A DNA stretch of 64,000 nt, from assembly GCA_965222605.1 (NCBI GenBank), contig OZ244960.1, forward strand, positions 3,872,001 to 3,936,000, read 5' to 3'. Origin of the DNA: Candidatus Latescibacterota bacterium (GTDB taxonomy: Bacteria > Latescibacterota > UBA2968). The translations under genes were made by a program, and so were the position numbers. The notes under the pieces are model-generated. The model had not been told where the DNA came from, searched no databases, and was given only the letters and a program-made list of their open reading frames with translations. Below are positions 50,331 through 59,636 of the stretch, piece by piece; position 1 is the stretch's first letter; every line of letters starts with the position of its first letter.

Positions 50331-53300
50331 ATGCCTCGTATCTTTGACAATATTGATCAACAGCTTCTTCCTGCTCTCAGAAAGACGCTTGAAATTGCCA
50401 GGCATGCAGACTTTTGTGTCGGCTATTTTAACCTTCGTGGTTGGAAGGCACTGGGTTCCTACATTGAATCTTGGCGTGGCGGTGAAGGTGAATGCTGTCG
50501 TTTGCTGGTGGGAATGCAACGCTTGCCCGAAGAGGAACTCCGTCAGGCCAGGCGTCTTGATAAAGGGGATGGCGGAATTGACAATCGAACGGTATTGCGT
50601 TTGAAACAAAGATTAGCAGAGGAGTTCCGCGAACAGTTGACAATTGGTATGCCGACTCTTGAAGATGAAAAGGGTTTGCGTCAATTGGCGTATCAAATTC
50701 GAGATGGGAAGGTAAGGGTAAAGCTGTTTCTTCGCCATCCACTCCATGCAAAGCTCTATTTGCTTTATCGACCTGACGACCCAATCACGCCAATTGTGGG
50801 TTATCTTGGCAGTAGTAACTTGACTCTTGCTGGACTGTCACAGCAGGGCGAACTCAATGTTGATGTTCTCGATTCAGACGCTTGTCAGAAGTTAGAAGAT
50901 TGGTTTGAAGAACGATGGAATGACCGTTGGTGTATAGATATTTCTGATGAATTGATTAAAATTATTGAGCAGAGTTGGGCGCGTGAGGAACTAATTCCGC
51001 CATATCACATTTACGTCAAGATGGCCTATCACCTTTCGCAGGAAGCACGAGCGGGTTTGAATGAATTTCAGATTCCACGCGACTTTGGGGCAAAGCTGTT
51101 TGAATTTCAAACCGCAGCGGTTAAAATCGCAGCGCATCACCTGAATAGACGCGGCGGGGTTCTGATCGGTGATGTTGTTGGTCTCGGAAAAACTCTGATG
51201 GCAACGGCACTTGCGCGAATACTTGAAGACGATTATGGATTTGAGACCTTGATTATCTGTCCGAAGAATCTGGTGAAGATGTGGGAAGATTATCAGTACG
51301 AGTATCACCTGCATGGAAAAGTGCTTTCAATTAGCCAGGTCATCAATGAATTGCCCAAGCTTCGACGTTATCGACTTGTTCTGATTGATGAAAGTCATAA
51401 TCTCAGAAACCGTGAGGGCAAACGCTATCGTGCGATACAGGAATATATCCAAGAAAATGAGAGCAAGGTTATCCTGTTATCTGCAACGCCCTACAATAAA
51501 ACCTATCTCGACCTCTCTAACCAGTTGCGCCTGTTTGTTGATGAAGGCAAAGATCTGGGGGTTCGACCCGAACAATTGCTCAAGGCATTAGGCGGTGAAA
51601 CCGAGTTTATTCGCAAACACCAAAGCGGTGTTCGAACGCTTCCAGCGTTTGAACAGAGCGAACATATTGACGATTGGCGTGAATTGATGCGATTGTATCT
51701 TGTGCGCCGAACGCGCAGTTTTATCATGGAAAACTACGCCGAAACAGAACATGAGACGGGCCGGAAATTTCTCACCTTTTCCGATGGAACACGTTCCTAC
51801 TTTCCCACACGGGTTCCAAAAACGGTGAAGTTTACAATTGATGACCAAAACCCCGACGACCACTATGCACAGTTATACTCTCGGCATGTTGTGCGGCTAA
51901 TTAGCAATCTGAAACTTCCTCGATACGGGCTTGGGAATTACATTGTTGACACACCATCGAAACCGCCGACCCCAGCGGAGCAAAGACAATTGGAAAATCT
52001 TTCTCGTGCAGGAAAGCGGTTGATAGGCTTTAGTCGGACGAATCTTTTCAAGCGACTTGAAAGTAGCGGACAGGCTTTCATCCAATCTGTCGAACGGCAC
52101 ATTCTGAGAAACTATATTTACCTTCATGCCATCGAGACCGATGACCCACTACCAATCGGTACACAAAATAGTGAGATGCTCGATGCGCGTGTCTATGATG
52201 AAGACGCTGATGATGCGAATCTCATATCGGATCCTTTCGAGGACGACAGTGACACAAAAATTGATGCCACCAACTTACAATTCTCCTCACATACAACAGA
52301 CTATTTCAAACAACGAGCTGCCCAAATCTATCAGCTTTATACGACAAAATATGGAGGTCGGTTTAGATGGATACGTCCGGATCTCCTCTGTCCCTCGCTT
52401 CGTAAAGATCTCACTGACGACGCGCATGCGCTCCTCAAAATTTTGCAAAGATATGGTACATGGGATGCCGAAAAAGATGCAAAACTCAACGCGCTTGAAG
52501 ACCTCATAACTAGGATACACCCAAATGATAAAGTCCTGGTTTTTACACAATTTGCCGATACGGTGCGTTATCTAAAAGCGGCACTTTCGGCGCGTGGGAT
52601 TTCTCAGATTGCGGAGGTAACTGGAGACTCACCAGATCCGACCGGGCTGGCATGGCGGTTTAGTCCCGTGAGCAATAATAAGCTGGATAGCAGCACGCTT
52701 CAAAAAGAGTTACGGGTTCTTATTAGCACAGATATACTGAGTGAAGGACAGAATTTACAAGATTGTTCGATTGTTGTGAACTATGACTTACCCTGGGCAA
52801 TTATACGGTTGGTTCAACGTGCTGGACGTGTTGACCGGATTGGTCAAGAGGCTGAGAATATTTTGTGTTATTCGTTTCTACCGGCTGAAGGTGTAGAACG
52901 CATCATTCGTTTGCGTGGCCGCGTCCGGACACGCCTTCGTGAGAATGCAGAGGTTGTTGGCACGGACGAAGCATTTTTTGAAGATGACGGTGATAATAAC
53001 GCGATTGTAGATCTATATCATGAGCGTGCAGGCTTGCTTGACGATGAACTTGATAACGATGTCGATCTCGCTTCTTATGCGTATCAGATTTGGAAAAATG
53101 CGATTACCCAAAATCCACGCTTAGAAAAGGTCATTCCTGAACTCCCATCAGTAGTTTATTCGACACAATCGCATGTTGCAACAGATACTGAACCCGAAGG
53201 GGCATTGGTTTATATGCGAACGGGTGAGGGAAATGATGCGCTGGCATGGGTGAACCGAGATGGGCAGAGCGTGACGGAATCACAATTTGCCATTCTTCAA

Positions 53301-53744
53301 GCAGCAGCTTGCGAGCCGAATACTGTTGCGCTTCCACCGCTTGAAGAACACCATCGCCTCGTTCAAAAAGCCACGACACTGATCATCACTGAGGGCAGGT
53401 CCGTTGGTGGACATTTGGGACGACCATCGGGTGCACGTTTCCGGACTTATGAACGCCTGATGCAATACGCCGATGATGTCAAATACACGCTATTTGACAC
53501 GCGAGAACTTAATCAAGCCATTGAGGACATATATCGATACCCGTTGCGTCAGACAGCGACCGATACTCTCAATCGTCAGCTTCGTAGCGGTATTTCCAAC
53601 GAAGATCTTGCGGTTCTCGTGATTACAATGTGGAATGAGGATCGGCTTTGTATTATTGAAAGAGAAAGACGAACGCAAGAACCACAGATTATCTGTTCAC
53701 TGGGACTTGCCAGAAGAGGAGAGGAGAACGCCGATGCAAATTGA
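50331..53744 (+). CDS. PLD (HKD) nuclease fused to SNF2-type helicase
   Basis: DFCVGYF, LHAKLY, GSSNLT..GL, DVVGLGKT, IDESHN, LSATP, FTQFADT, SEGQNLQ, QRAGRVDRIG. Confidence 0.9.
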   Translation: MPRIFDNIDQQLLPALRKTLEIARHADFCVGYFNLRGWKALGSYIESWRGGEGECCRLLVGMQRLPEEELRQARRLDKGDGGIDNRTVLRLKQRLAEEFREQLTIGMPTLEDEKGLRQLAYQIRDGKVRVKLFLRHPLHAKLYLLYRPDDPITPIVGYLGSSNLTLAGLSQQGELNVDVLDSDACQKLEDWFEERWNDRWCIDISDELIKIIEQSWAREELIPPYHIYVKMAYHLSQEARAGLNEFQIPRDFGAKLFEFQTAAVKIAAHHLNRRGGVLIGDVVGLGKTLMATALARILEDDYGFETLIICPKNLVKMWEDYQYEYHLHGKVLSISQVINELPKLRRYRLVLIDESHNLRNREGKRYRAIQEYIQENESKVILLSATPYNKTYLDLSNQLRLFVDEGKDLGVRPEQLLKALGGETEFIRKHQSGVRTLPAFEQSEHIDDWRELMRLYLVRRTRSFIMENYAETEHETGRKFLTFSDGTRSYFPTRVPKTVKFTIDDQNPDDHYAQLYSRHVVRLISNLKLPRYGLGNYIVDTPSKPPTPAEQRQLENLSRAGKRLIGFSRTNLFKRLESSGQAFIQSVERHILRNYIYLHAIETDDPLPIGTQNSEMLDARVYDEDADDANLISDPFEDDSDTKIDATNLQFSSHTTDYFKQRAAQIYQLYTTKYGGRFRWIRPDLLCPSLRKDLTDDAHALLKILQRYGTWDAEKDAKLNALEDLITRIHPNDKVLVFTQFADTVRYLKAALSARGISQIAEVTGDSPDPTGLAWRFSPVSNNKLDSSTLQKELRVLISTDILSEGQNLQDCSIVVNYDLPWAIIRLVQRAGRVDRIGQEAENILCYSFLPAEGVERIIRLRGRVRTRLRENAEVVGTDEAFFEDDGDNNAIVDLYHERAGLLDDELDNDVDLASYAYQIWKNAITQNPRLEKVIPELPSVVYSTQSHVATDTEPEGALVYMRTGEGNDALAWVNRDGQSVTESQFAILQAAACEPNTVALPPLEEHHRLVQKATTLIITEGRSVGGHLGRPSGARFRTYERLMQYADDVKYTLFDTRELNQAIEDIYRYPLRQTATDTLNRQLRSGISNEDLAVLVITMWNEDRLCIIERERRTQEPQIICSLGLARRGEENADAN

Positions 53745-56700
53745 TGTAAGCCAGATGCGCCAATATCTTAAAGACTTTGAAATTGAGACACTCCTGATTG
53801 AAGAACTCGGTTGGGATTATCACACACAAAGGCTCAATATTACAGTTGAAGAAACCGAATATTTATTGACCGCAATTGCTGAAAAACGCGGTATGGTTGT
53901 TTTTCTTTATTCGGCAATTGCTGATGGTCACATTCCAGATTATGCGACCCGGCGTAAAATTCAAAGGCAGGTTGCCAAATCCGTCCATGAGCACTTTATC
54001 ATTTATACCGATGACGCAAAAATCGAGCAAATCTGGCAGTGGGTAAAACGGGAGCCGGGGAAACCCGCCGCATGTCGTGAACACCGTTATCAGCGGGAAC
54101 AGTCTGGTGAGTCACTTATTCAAAAGCTGAGAACAATTGCTTTTAGCATTGAGGAGGAAGAGGGACTTACACTGGTGGATGTGACAGGGCGTGTTCGGGT
54201 AGGTTTTGACATTGAGCGTGTGACCAAACGATTTTATGATCATTTCAAGAAGGAACACGGCGCATTTCTCAAATTTCTCGAAGGGATTCCTGATGAAGAG
54301 ATGCAACGTTGGTATGCTTCAGTTATGTTGAATCGGTTGATGTTCATCTACTTTATTCAGAAGAAGGGATTCCTGAATGATGATCAAGAATATTTGCGTA
54401 CCAATTTGACACAGAGCCAAGTAAACGGCAAAGATCAATACTACACAGCGTTTCTATGTCCCCTATTTTTTGATGGGTTTGCAAAACAAGAAACCGAACG
54501 GACCAGAGAGGTGAATCGTCTGCTCGGAAAAGTGCCTTACCTGAACGGTGGCATCTTTCAGCGACACCAGATTGAGGAACTCCATGGTGAAACTATTCAG
54601 ATTGCCGATGCTGCCTTTGAACAGCTTTTTGATTTTTTTGAGAAATATCATTGGCACCTCGATGATCGCCCACTGCAGAACGATTACGAGATTAACCCCA
54701 ATGTGCTCGGTTATATCTTTGAAAAATACATCAACCAGAAGCAGATGGGGGCTTACTACACCAAAGAGGATATCACAGAGTATATCAGCAAAAATACGAT
54801 AATTCCATTTCTCTTTGATGCAGCACGAAAGGGATGTAAAATCGCTTTCGAGGGGGATGCGAGTGTTTGGAAACTTCTACAAGCTGATCCTGACCGCTAC
54901 ATCTACGATGCTGTGAAAAAAGGTGTCAAATTGGATTTATCGAAAGATATTGCTGTGGGGATTGAGGATGTATCCAAACGGGCAGAATGGAACACGCATG
55001 CGCCCGATGAATACGCCTTGCCGACGGAGCTATGGCGAGAGACCGTCTCACGACGGCAAAGATACGAAGCGGTTCGAGTCAGGTTGTCAAACGGAGAAAT
55101 AGAGGACATTAACGCGCTCATTACGGACAATCTCGACATCCGTCAATTTGCACAGGACGTGATTGAAAATTGTGAAGGCCCCGAACTGCTACGGGCTTTC
55201 TGGAAAGCTATCAATCAGGTGACAATTCTTGATCCGGCCTGTGGTTCTGGTGAGTTCTTTTCTGCTGCCCTCAACATACTTGAACCACTCTACGAGGCAT
55301 GCCTTGATCGGATGGAAGTATTTCTTGACGAGTTACAGTATGCCGAAAAAAAGCCGCGAACCGAAAAATTTAGAGACTTCCGCGAAATTCTTGAACGTAT
55401 TGAAAAACACCCGAACCGCCGTTACTTTGTTCTCAAGTCGATTATTATCAACAACCTCTACGGTGTAGATATTATGGAGGAGGCAATAGAGATTTGTAAG
55501 TTGCGGCTTTTCCTCAAAATGGTGGCACAGATTGAGGATGTAAAACAGATTGAACCGCTTCCCGACATTGACTTTAACATCCAGGTTGGGAATACTCTTG
55601 TGGGATATGCGACATACAATGAGGTGGAAAAAACGGTTACCAGTAAGTTAGACTTTGATAACACCATGAAGCGCATCGAAGAAAAGGCGGAGGATATTGA
55701 GCGTTTGTTTGCCCTGTTTCGCCAGCAACAAACAGAATTGGGTGGTGTGGTGAAACTTGCCGATAAACAGGCGTTGCGGGATAAACTCAAGGTGTTAGAA
55801 GATGAACTCAACCGATATCTTGCTGGAGAATATGGCGTAAATCCAAATAAAGGCTCTGATTATCGGGATTGGCTCTCTTCGCACAAACCTTTCCACTGGT
55901 TCATTGAGTTTTACGGGATTCTCAAAGATGGTGGTTTTAATGTGGTTATCGGCAACCCGCCGTATGTAAGCTATTCAAAATCAAAAAAAGAATACTGTGT
56001 AATTGAGAGCAATTTTGAAACCATTAAATGTGGAAATCTCTATACATTGGTTACAGAAAAAGTTTTTGATTTAGTTATAAGACAGGGGCGGTTTGGTGTC
56101 ATATTGCCATTGAGTAGTACCAATGCTAATAAAAACTCCTCCTTACAATCAAAGCTGCGAGCTTTTTCTTCACTTCACATTTCCCATTTTGCAGTTAGAC
56201 CAAGTAAATTGTTCGTCGGGGTAGATATGAATCTAACCATCATTTGCGGAACTTGTGAGTTAAATGAAATGCGGAATTATTATACTACGTCATTTTTCAG
56301 ATGGCCTTCAGGTTTTCGACCTTTCCTCTTTCCGAATCTTTCATATGTTAAAAATGAAAAGGCTATTAAAACTTCAGGATTTGCGAAATTTGGCAATGAT
56401 TTAGAAATTTCTATTTGGTCAAAGTTATCTGTTGGAAGCAATCCAATAGCTTCTATCTTGGCTGCCGATAAAATGGATTCACAAACGCAATTGGCTTTCC
56501 ATAGTTTTGGACGTTATTGGCGAAAATGTATTTGCGAAAAATTGTCTGATAACTATCAGGTATTCGATATAAATGAAAAATATTCCTCGTGTGTTTTGTG
56601 CATATTGAATAGTCAGTTGTCCTATTGGTATTGGATTATGTCTTCAGACTGTTATAGATTTACAAAAACCGATGCTCTTAATATTTCGCTGCCTCCCAAA

Positions 56701-56949
56701 CCAGATCTACCTCTCTATACTAAGCTGGCAAAATTACTTCTAAAATCATATGAAGAAAATTCTATACTTCAAAAAAAGAAAGCTAGAAACCGTCAAATAG
56801 TTATAGAGAAGCAATTTTTTCCAGCAAAATCTAAACTCATTATCGATGAAATTGACAGTGTTCTTGCTCAACACTACGGCTTCACAGATGAAGAATTGGA
56901 CTTCATTATCAACTACGATATCAAATACCGTATGGGACTGGGAAAGTGA
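53734..56949 (+). CDS. Eco57I/type IIG-like DNA adenine methyltransferase with target recognition domain
   Basis: PYLNGGIF, LGYIFEKY..QKQMGAYYT, LDPACGSG, YGVDI, VIGNPPY. Confidence 0.9.
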   Translation: MQIDVSQMRQYLKDFEIETLLIEELGWDYHTQRLNITVEETEYLLTAIAEKRGMVVFLYSAIADGHIPDYATRRKIQRQVAKSVHEHFIIYTDDAKIEQIWQWVKREPGKPAACREHRYQREQSGESLIQKLRTIAFSIEEEEGLTLVDVTGRVRVGFDIERVTKRFYDHFKKEHGAFLKFLEGIPDEEMQRWYASVMLNRLMFIYFIQKKGFLNDDQEYLRTNLTQSQVNGKDQYYTAFLCPLFFDGFAKQETERTREVNRLLGKVPYLNGGIFQRHQIEELHGETIQIADAAFEQLFDFFEKYHWHLDDRPLQNDYEINPNVLGYIFEKYINQKQMGAYYTKEDITEYISKNTIIPFLFDAARKGCKIAFEGDASVWKLLQADPDRYIYDAVKKGVKLDLSKDIAVGIEDVSKRAEWNTHAPDEYALPTELWRETVSRRQRYEAVRVRLSNGEIEDINALITDNLDIRQFAQDVIENCEGPELLRAFWKAINQVTILDPACGSGEFFSAALNILEPLYEACLDRMEVFLDELQYAEKKPRTEKFRDFREILERIEKHPNRRYFVLKSIIINNLYGVDIMEEAIEICKLRLFLKMVAQIEDVKQIEPLPDIDFNIQVGNTLVGYATYNEVEKTVTSKLDFDNTMKRIEEKAEDIERLFALFRQQQTELGGVVKLADKQALRDKLKVLEDELNRYLAGEYGVNPNKGSDYRDWLSSHKPFHWFIEFYGILKDGGFNVVIGNPPYVSYSKSKKEYCVIESNFETIKCGNLYTLVTEKVFDLVIRQGRFGVILPLSSTNANKNSSLQSKLRAFSSLHISHFAVRPSKLFVGVDMNLTIICGTCELNEMRNYYTTSFFRWPSGFRPFLFPNLSYVKNEKAIKTSGFAKFGNDLEISIWSKLSVGSNPIASILAADKMDSQTQLAFHSFGRYWRKCICEKLSDNYQVFDINEKYSSCVLCILNSQLSYWYWIMSSDCYRFTKTDALNISLPPKPDLPLYTKLAKLLLKSYEENSILQKKKARNRQIVIEKQFFPAKSKLIIDEIDSVLAQHYGFTDEELDFIINYDIKYRMGLGK

Positions 56950-57578
56950 CTCAACCGATTGAACGCATTACGCAAACAGACTCAAATTATCCAGAGCAGT
57001 TGAGGGGCTATTTGAAGACAGAAACTCCAGAAATTATCTGGGCGCGAGGAAATAGTGCCTTGTTAACGGGTCAGAACAATTTCGGAGACCTTTGGGCACT
57101 GTTCTGTTCCGGCAAATGTCCTGCTGAGATTATTTTAAAAACACATGACTTGGCTCAGCAATTGCAGCAATTAGGGAAACCTACCATAGGGGGTTATCAT
57201 TCACCGGTTGAAGAGGAATGTCTGCGCGTTTTGTTACGTGGGTCACAACCGCTCATCGTATGTCCAGCCCGTAGTATCGAAAATATGCGATTGAGACCCG
57301 AGTGGAAACAGGGGTTATCCGAAAGTCGTCTTTTAATCCTGTCTATTTTTGATAGTAAATATCGGAGATCAACCGTAGAATTGGCAAGAAAACGTAACGC
57401 ATTTGTTGCGGCACTTGCGGACAAAATATTTATCGCCCATGCCTCAGAAGATAGTAAGACACTGCAATTCGCACATAAGGTATTGGAATGGGATAAACCT
57501 CTTTTCACCTTTAATACACAAGCAAACAAATCGCTCTTTCAACTTGGGGCACAAAGGATAGAAAGTCTCAGTCCCTGA
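56946..57578 (+). CDS. Divergent DprA/Smf (SLOG) domain protein
   Basis: YPEQL...P..IWARGN, LFCSGKCP, GGYHSPVE, RNAFVAALAD, S.T; GTGA overlap with the MTase. Confidence 0.75.
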   Translation: MTQPIERITQTDSNYPEQLRGYLKTETPEIIWARGNSALLTGQNNFGDLWALFCSGKCPAEIILKTHDLAQQLQQLGKPTIGGYHSPVEEECLRVLLRGSQPLIVCPARSIENMRLRPEWKQGLSESRLLILSIFDSKYRRSTVELARKRNAFVAALADKIFIAHASEDSKTLQFAHKVLEWDKPLFTFNTQANKSLFQLGAQRIESLSP

Positions 57579-57772
57579 AACCTCTGAAAGGCGCAGTTAT
57601 CCATCTCAGATAATGAACAGGTCTGGAGATGGGTTACAATGAGCCGTCGCATATTTTTTAAAAATTACTTTGCTCTTATGCAAAAACTATATACATTTTC
57701 GTCATACAAGGGTGACCCTACCCTGCTTAGAACAGTTTTAGAGATATATTCTTATGGCGAACTGATCCCGTA

Positions 57773-58810
57773 ATGGCCACCCCTAAATCTGGTTTATTGA
57801 AGCAGCAATTATCGCATGAGCAAGTAATCAATTGGTCTGGCTTTGAGGTCAGTGATCAAGGTGTGTTGCCTCCTCTTCGCAAGGGGTATTATTATAATGT
57901 GGTAGGCCAGGTCATTGCGGGCGACGCTCCAAAAGGCTTTATACGCGCCTACACTTATGGTGAAGCTGATCGATCCAATCCTCGCAAGTGGCCTGCATAT
58001 ATTGCCAAGGTGGGGCATAAGTGGTATCCCAATGAGTCTATTACGGAACACCTGCTTACACGAATCGGGCAACTGATTGGCCTGAAAATGGCTGAGTCTT
58101 CTATTGTGTCAGCACATGGTCAGATCCGCTTTCTAAGCCGGTATTTTCTCGGGCGCAACCAAAGCCTCGTTCACGGAGCACAGATCTTTGCAGGCTATTT
58201 GAAAGATGATGAATTTGTAGAGGAGGTAGAGCAGGTTGGCGCGACCCAGGACATGTTTACGTTCCAATTTATTAAGGAAGCAATTCAAGAGCAGTTTCCC
58301 CGTCAGGCGAGTTCCATTCTGGAGGGTTACACTCAGATGCTCGCCTTTGACGCTATCGTGGGGAATAATGACCGGCATCATTACAATTGGGGAGTGGTAG
58401 TTCATGAACACCGTAGGCATGAGCCTTACTTTTCCCCTATTTATGATAGTGCACGGGCACTTTTCTGGAACGACTCAGAATCAAAACTTGGAGATATTAA
58501 AAAGCATCCTGACCCGCAACGGTTGCCTGCTTTCATTAACCGGTACGTCAAAAACTCGCGTCCAAAGACAGGGTGGGATGGTGTAAATAGCCCCAATCAT
58601 TTCATCTTGATTCAAAACATTTACCAGGATTATCCCGATCTCCGTTCAGTGATGTCGGCTCTTTGTCACCCACAACTTTTACAACGCGTCCAGGAAACGC
58701 TCAACAGCGAGTTCCGCCCACTTATGAGTGCCTTGCGCCGGGAAATGATCCTGGATTGCTTAAAACATCGGTTACATCTGTTTCAAAAAGCGGTTGGCGT
58801 TGATAGCTGA
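57773..58810 (+). CDS. HipA/CtkA-like Ser/Thr kinase
   Basis: YIAKVG..., ESITEHL, FDAIVGNNDRHHYNWG, FSPIYDSARAL. Confidence 0.85.
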   Translation: MATPKSGLLKQQLSHEQVINWSGFEVSDQGVLPPLRKGYYYNVVGQVIAGDAPKGFIRAYTYGEADRSNPRKWPAYIAKVGHKWYPNESITEHLLTRIGQLIGLKMAESSIVSAHGQIRFLSRYFLGRNQSLVHGAQIFAGYLKDDEFVEEVEQVGATQDMFTFQFIKEAIQEQFPRQASSILEGYTQMLAFDAIVGNNDRHHYNWGVVVHEHRRHEPYFSPIYDSARALFWNDSESKLGDIKKHPDPQRLPAFINRYVKNSRPKTGWDGVNSPNHFILIQNIYQDYPDLRSVMSALCHPQLLQRVQETLNSEFRPLMSALRREMILDCLKHRLHLFQKAVGVDS

Positions 58811-58824
58811 TCCAAATCCCTCTA

Positions 58825-59253
58825 ATGGAGTATGCTATGATATCGACCCTGAAGAAAATTCTGTTCCGGCAAGACGGTCAGGAACACCTTTACACCCCGC
58901 AACATGAGACGGCCGAATTTTTGTTGCGATACCGCAATCTGGATGTGGGGCATCTATCACTTCATGATGGAAAGTGGCATTTCAAGTACGATGATGCTTT
59001 TCGGGAGAAGGTAGGAGTTTGTCCAATTATGGACTTCCCGAATCTGGATAAGCACTACGAATCTGATGTGTTGTGGCCATTTTTCGTGGTTCGCATCCCA
59101 GGCCTGGGGCAACCGGCCATCCAGCGTGTGATCCGCGAGGAGAAGCTCGACGGACGCAATGAGGCCCAACTGCTCAAGCGTTTTGGCAAAACCACAATCG
59201 CCAATCCATTTATCTTGATCCCAAAAGACAATCCAGACGAATCCGAAGATTGA
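58825..59253 (+). CDS. HipA N-terminal-domain-like protein (HipS-like)
   Basis: VGHLSLHDGKWHFKYDD...FP.LDK.YES..LWPFF..RIP; start may be 58837. Confidence 0.75.
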   Translation: MEYAMISTLKKILFRQDGQEHLYTPQHETAEFLLRYRNLDVGHLSLHDGKWHFKYDDAFREKVGVCPIMDFPNLDKHYESDVLWPFFVVRIPGLGQPAIQRVIREEKLDGRNEAQLLKRFGKTTIANPFILIPKDNPDESED

Positions 59254-59278
59254 TTATTTTCTTCAAGTACAATACAAC

Positions 59279-59314
59279 AAGCCCGTTAATCACAGCCGAT
59301 CAACGGGCTTATTT
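59279..59314. terminator. Hairpin between convergent genes
   Basis: AAGCCCGTT-N14-AACGGGCTT-ATTT. Confidence 0.55.
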
Positions 59315-59362
59315 CATGTGGTCATTTGGTCCGGAAATGGACACAGCCAGTTTGAAGATAGC

Positions 59363-59572
59363 TTAAGCCGCCGGAGGCTGCATTTCTGGTTTATTCAACA
59401 CCTGGTCGAGTGAAACCCGACCCGATTCAATGGCTAAAATGGCTCTTAGAACGTGCAGTTCAAACATCATCTCATCATCGGGAAATTCAGATCTGACTTG
59501 ATGGCATATTTGATCCAGATGCTCATTTTTAATGCCGGTTCGATGTGCAGCACTGAGATAGTCAAACATCAT
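59363..59572 (-). CDS. Small hypothetical protein (69 aa) with the IS inserted at its start
   Basis: MMFDYLSAAHRTGI...VRSEFPDDEMMFELHVLRAI; the target duplication overlaps its ATG. Confidence 0.6.
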   Translation of the reverse strand: MMFDYLSAAHRTGIKNEHLDQICHQVRSEFPDDEMMFELHVLRAILAIESGRVSLDQVLNKPEMQPPAA

Positions 59573-59594
59573 AATTGAGTCCCCTCCGAAAAGG

Positions 59595-59634
59595 GTGTAA
59601 TAGAGTGTAATAGAGTGTAATAGAGTGTAATAGA
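59595..59634. repeat. 10-bp tandem repeat x4 inside the IS end
   Basis: (GTGTAATAGA)4. Confidence 0.9.
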
Positions 59635-59636
59635 GA

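Noticed and set aside
50331-56949. DISARM or BREX assignment
   Set aside because: No DrmA/DrmB (DUF1998), PglZ or BrxC genes are visible
59260-59345. tRNA 3' remnant or att site
   Set aside because: Only a hairpin followed by TGGT; no T-arm sequence and no integrase
59595-59634. Tandem repeat as a CRISPR array
   Set aside because: 10-bp units without spacers, inside an IS; no cas genes in the window
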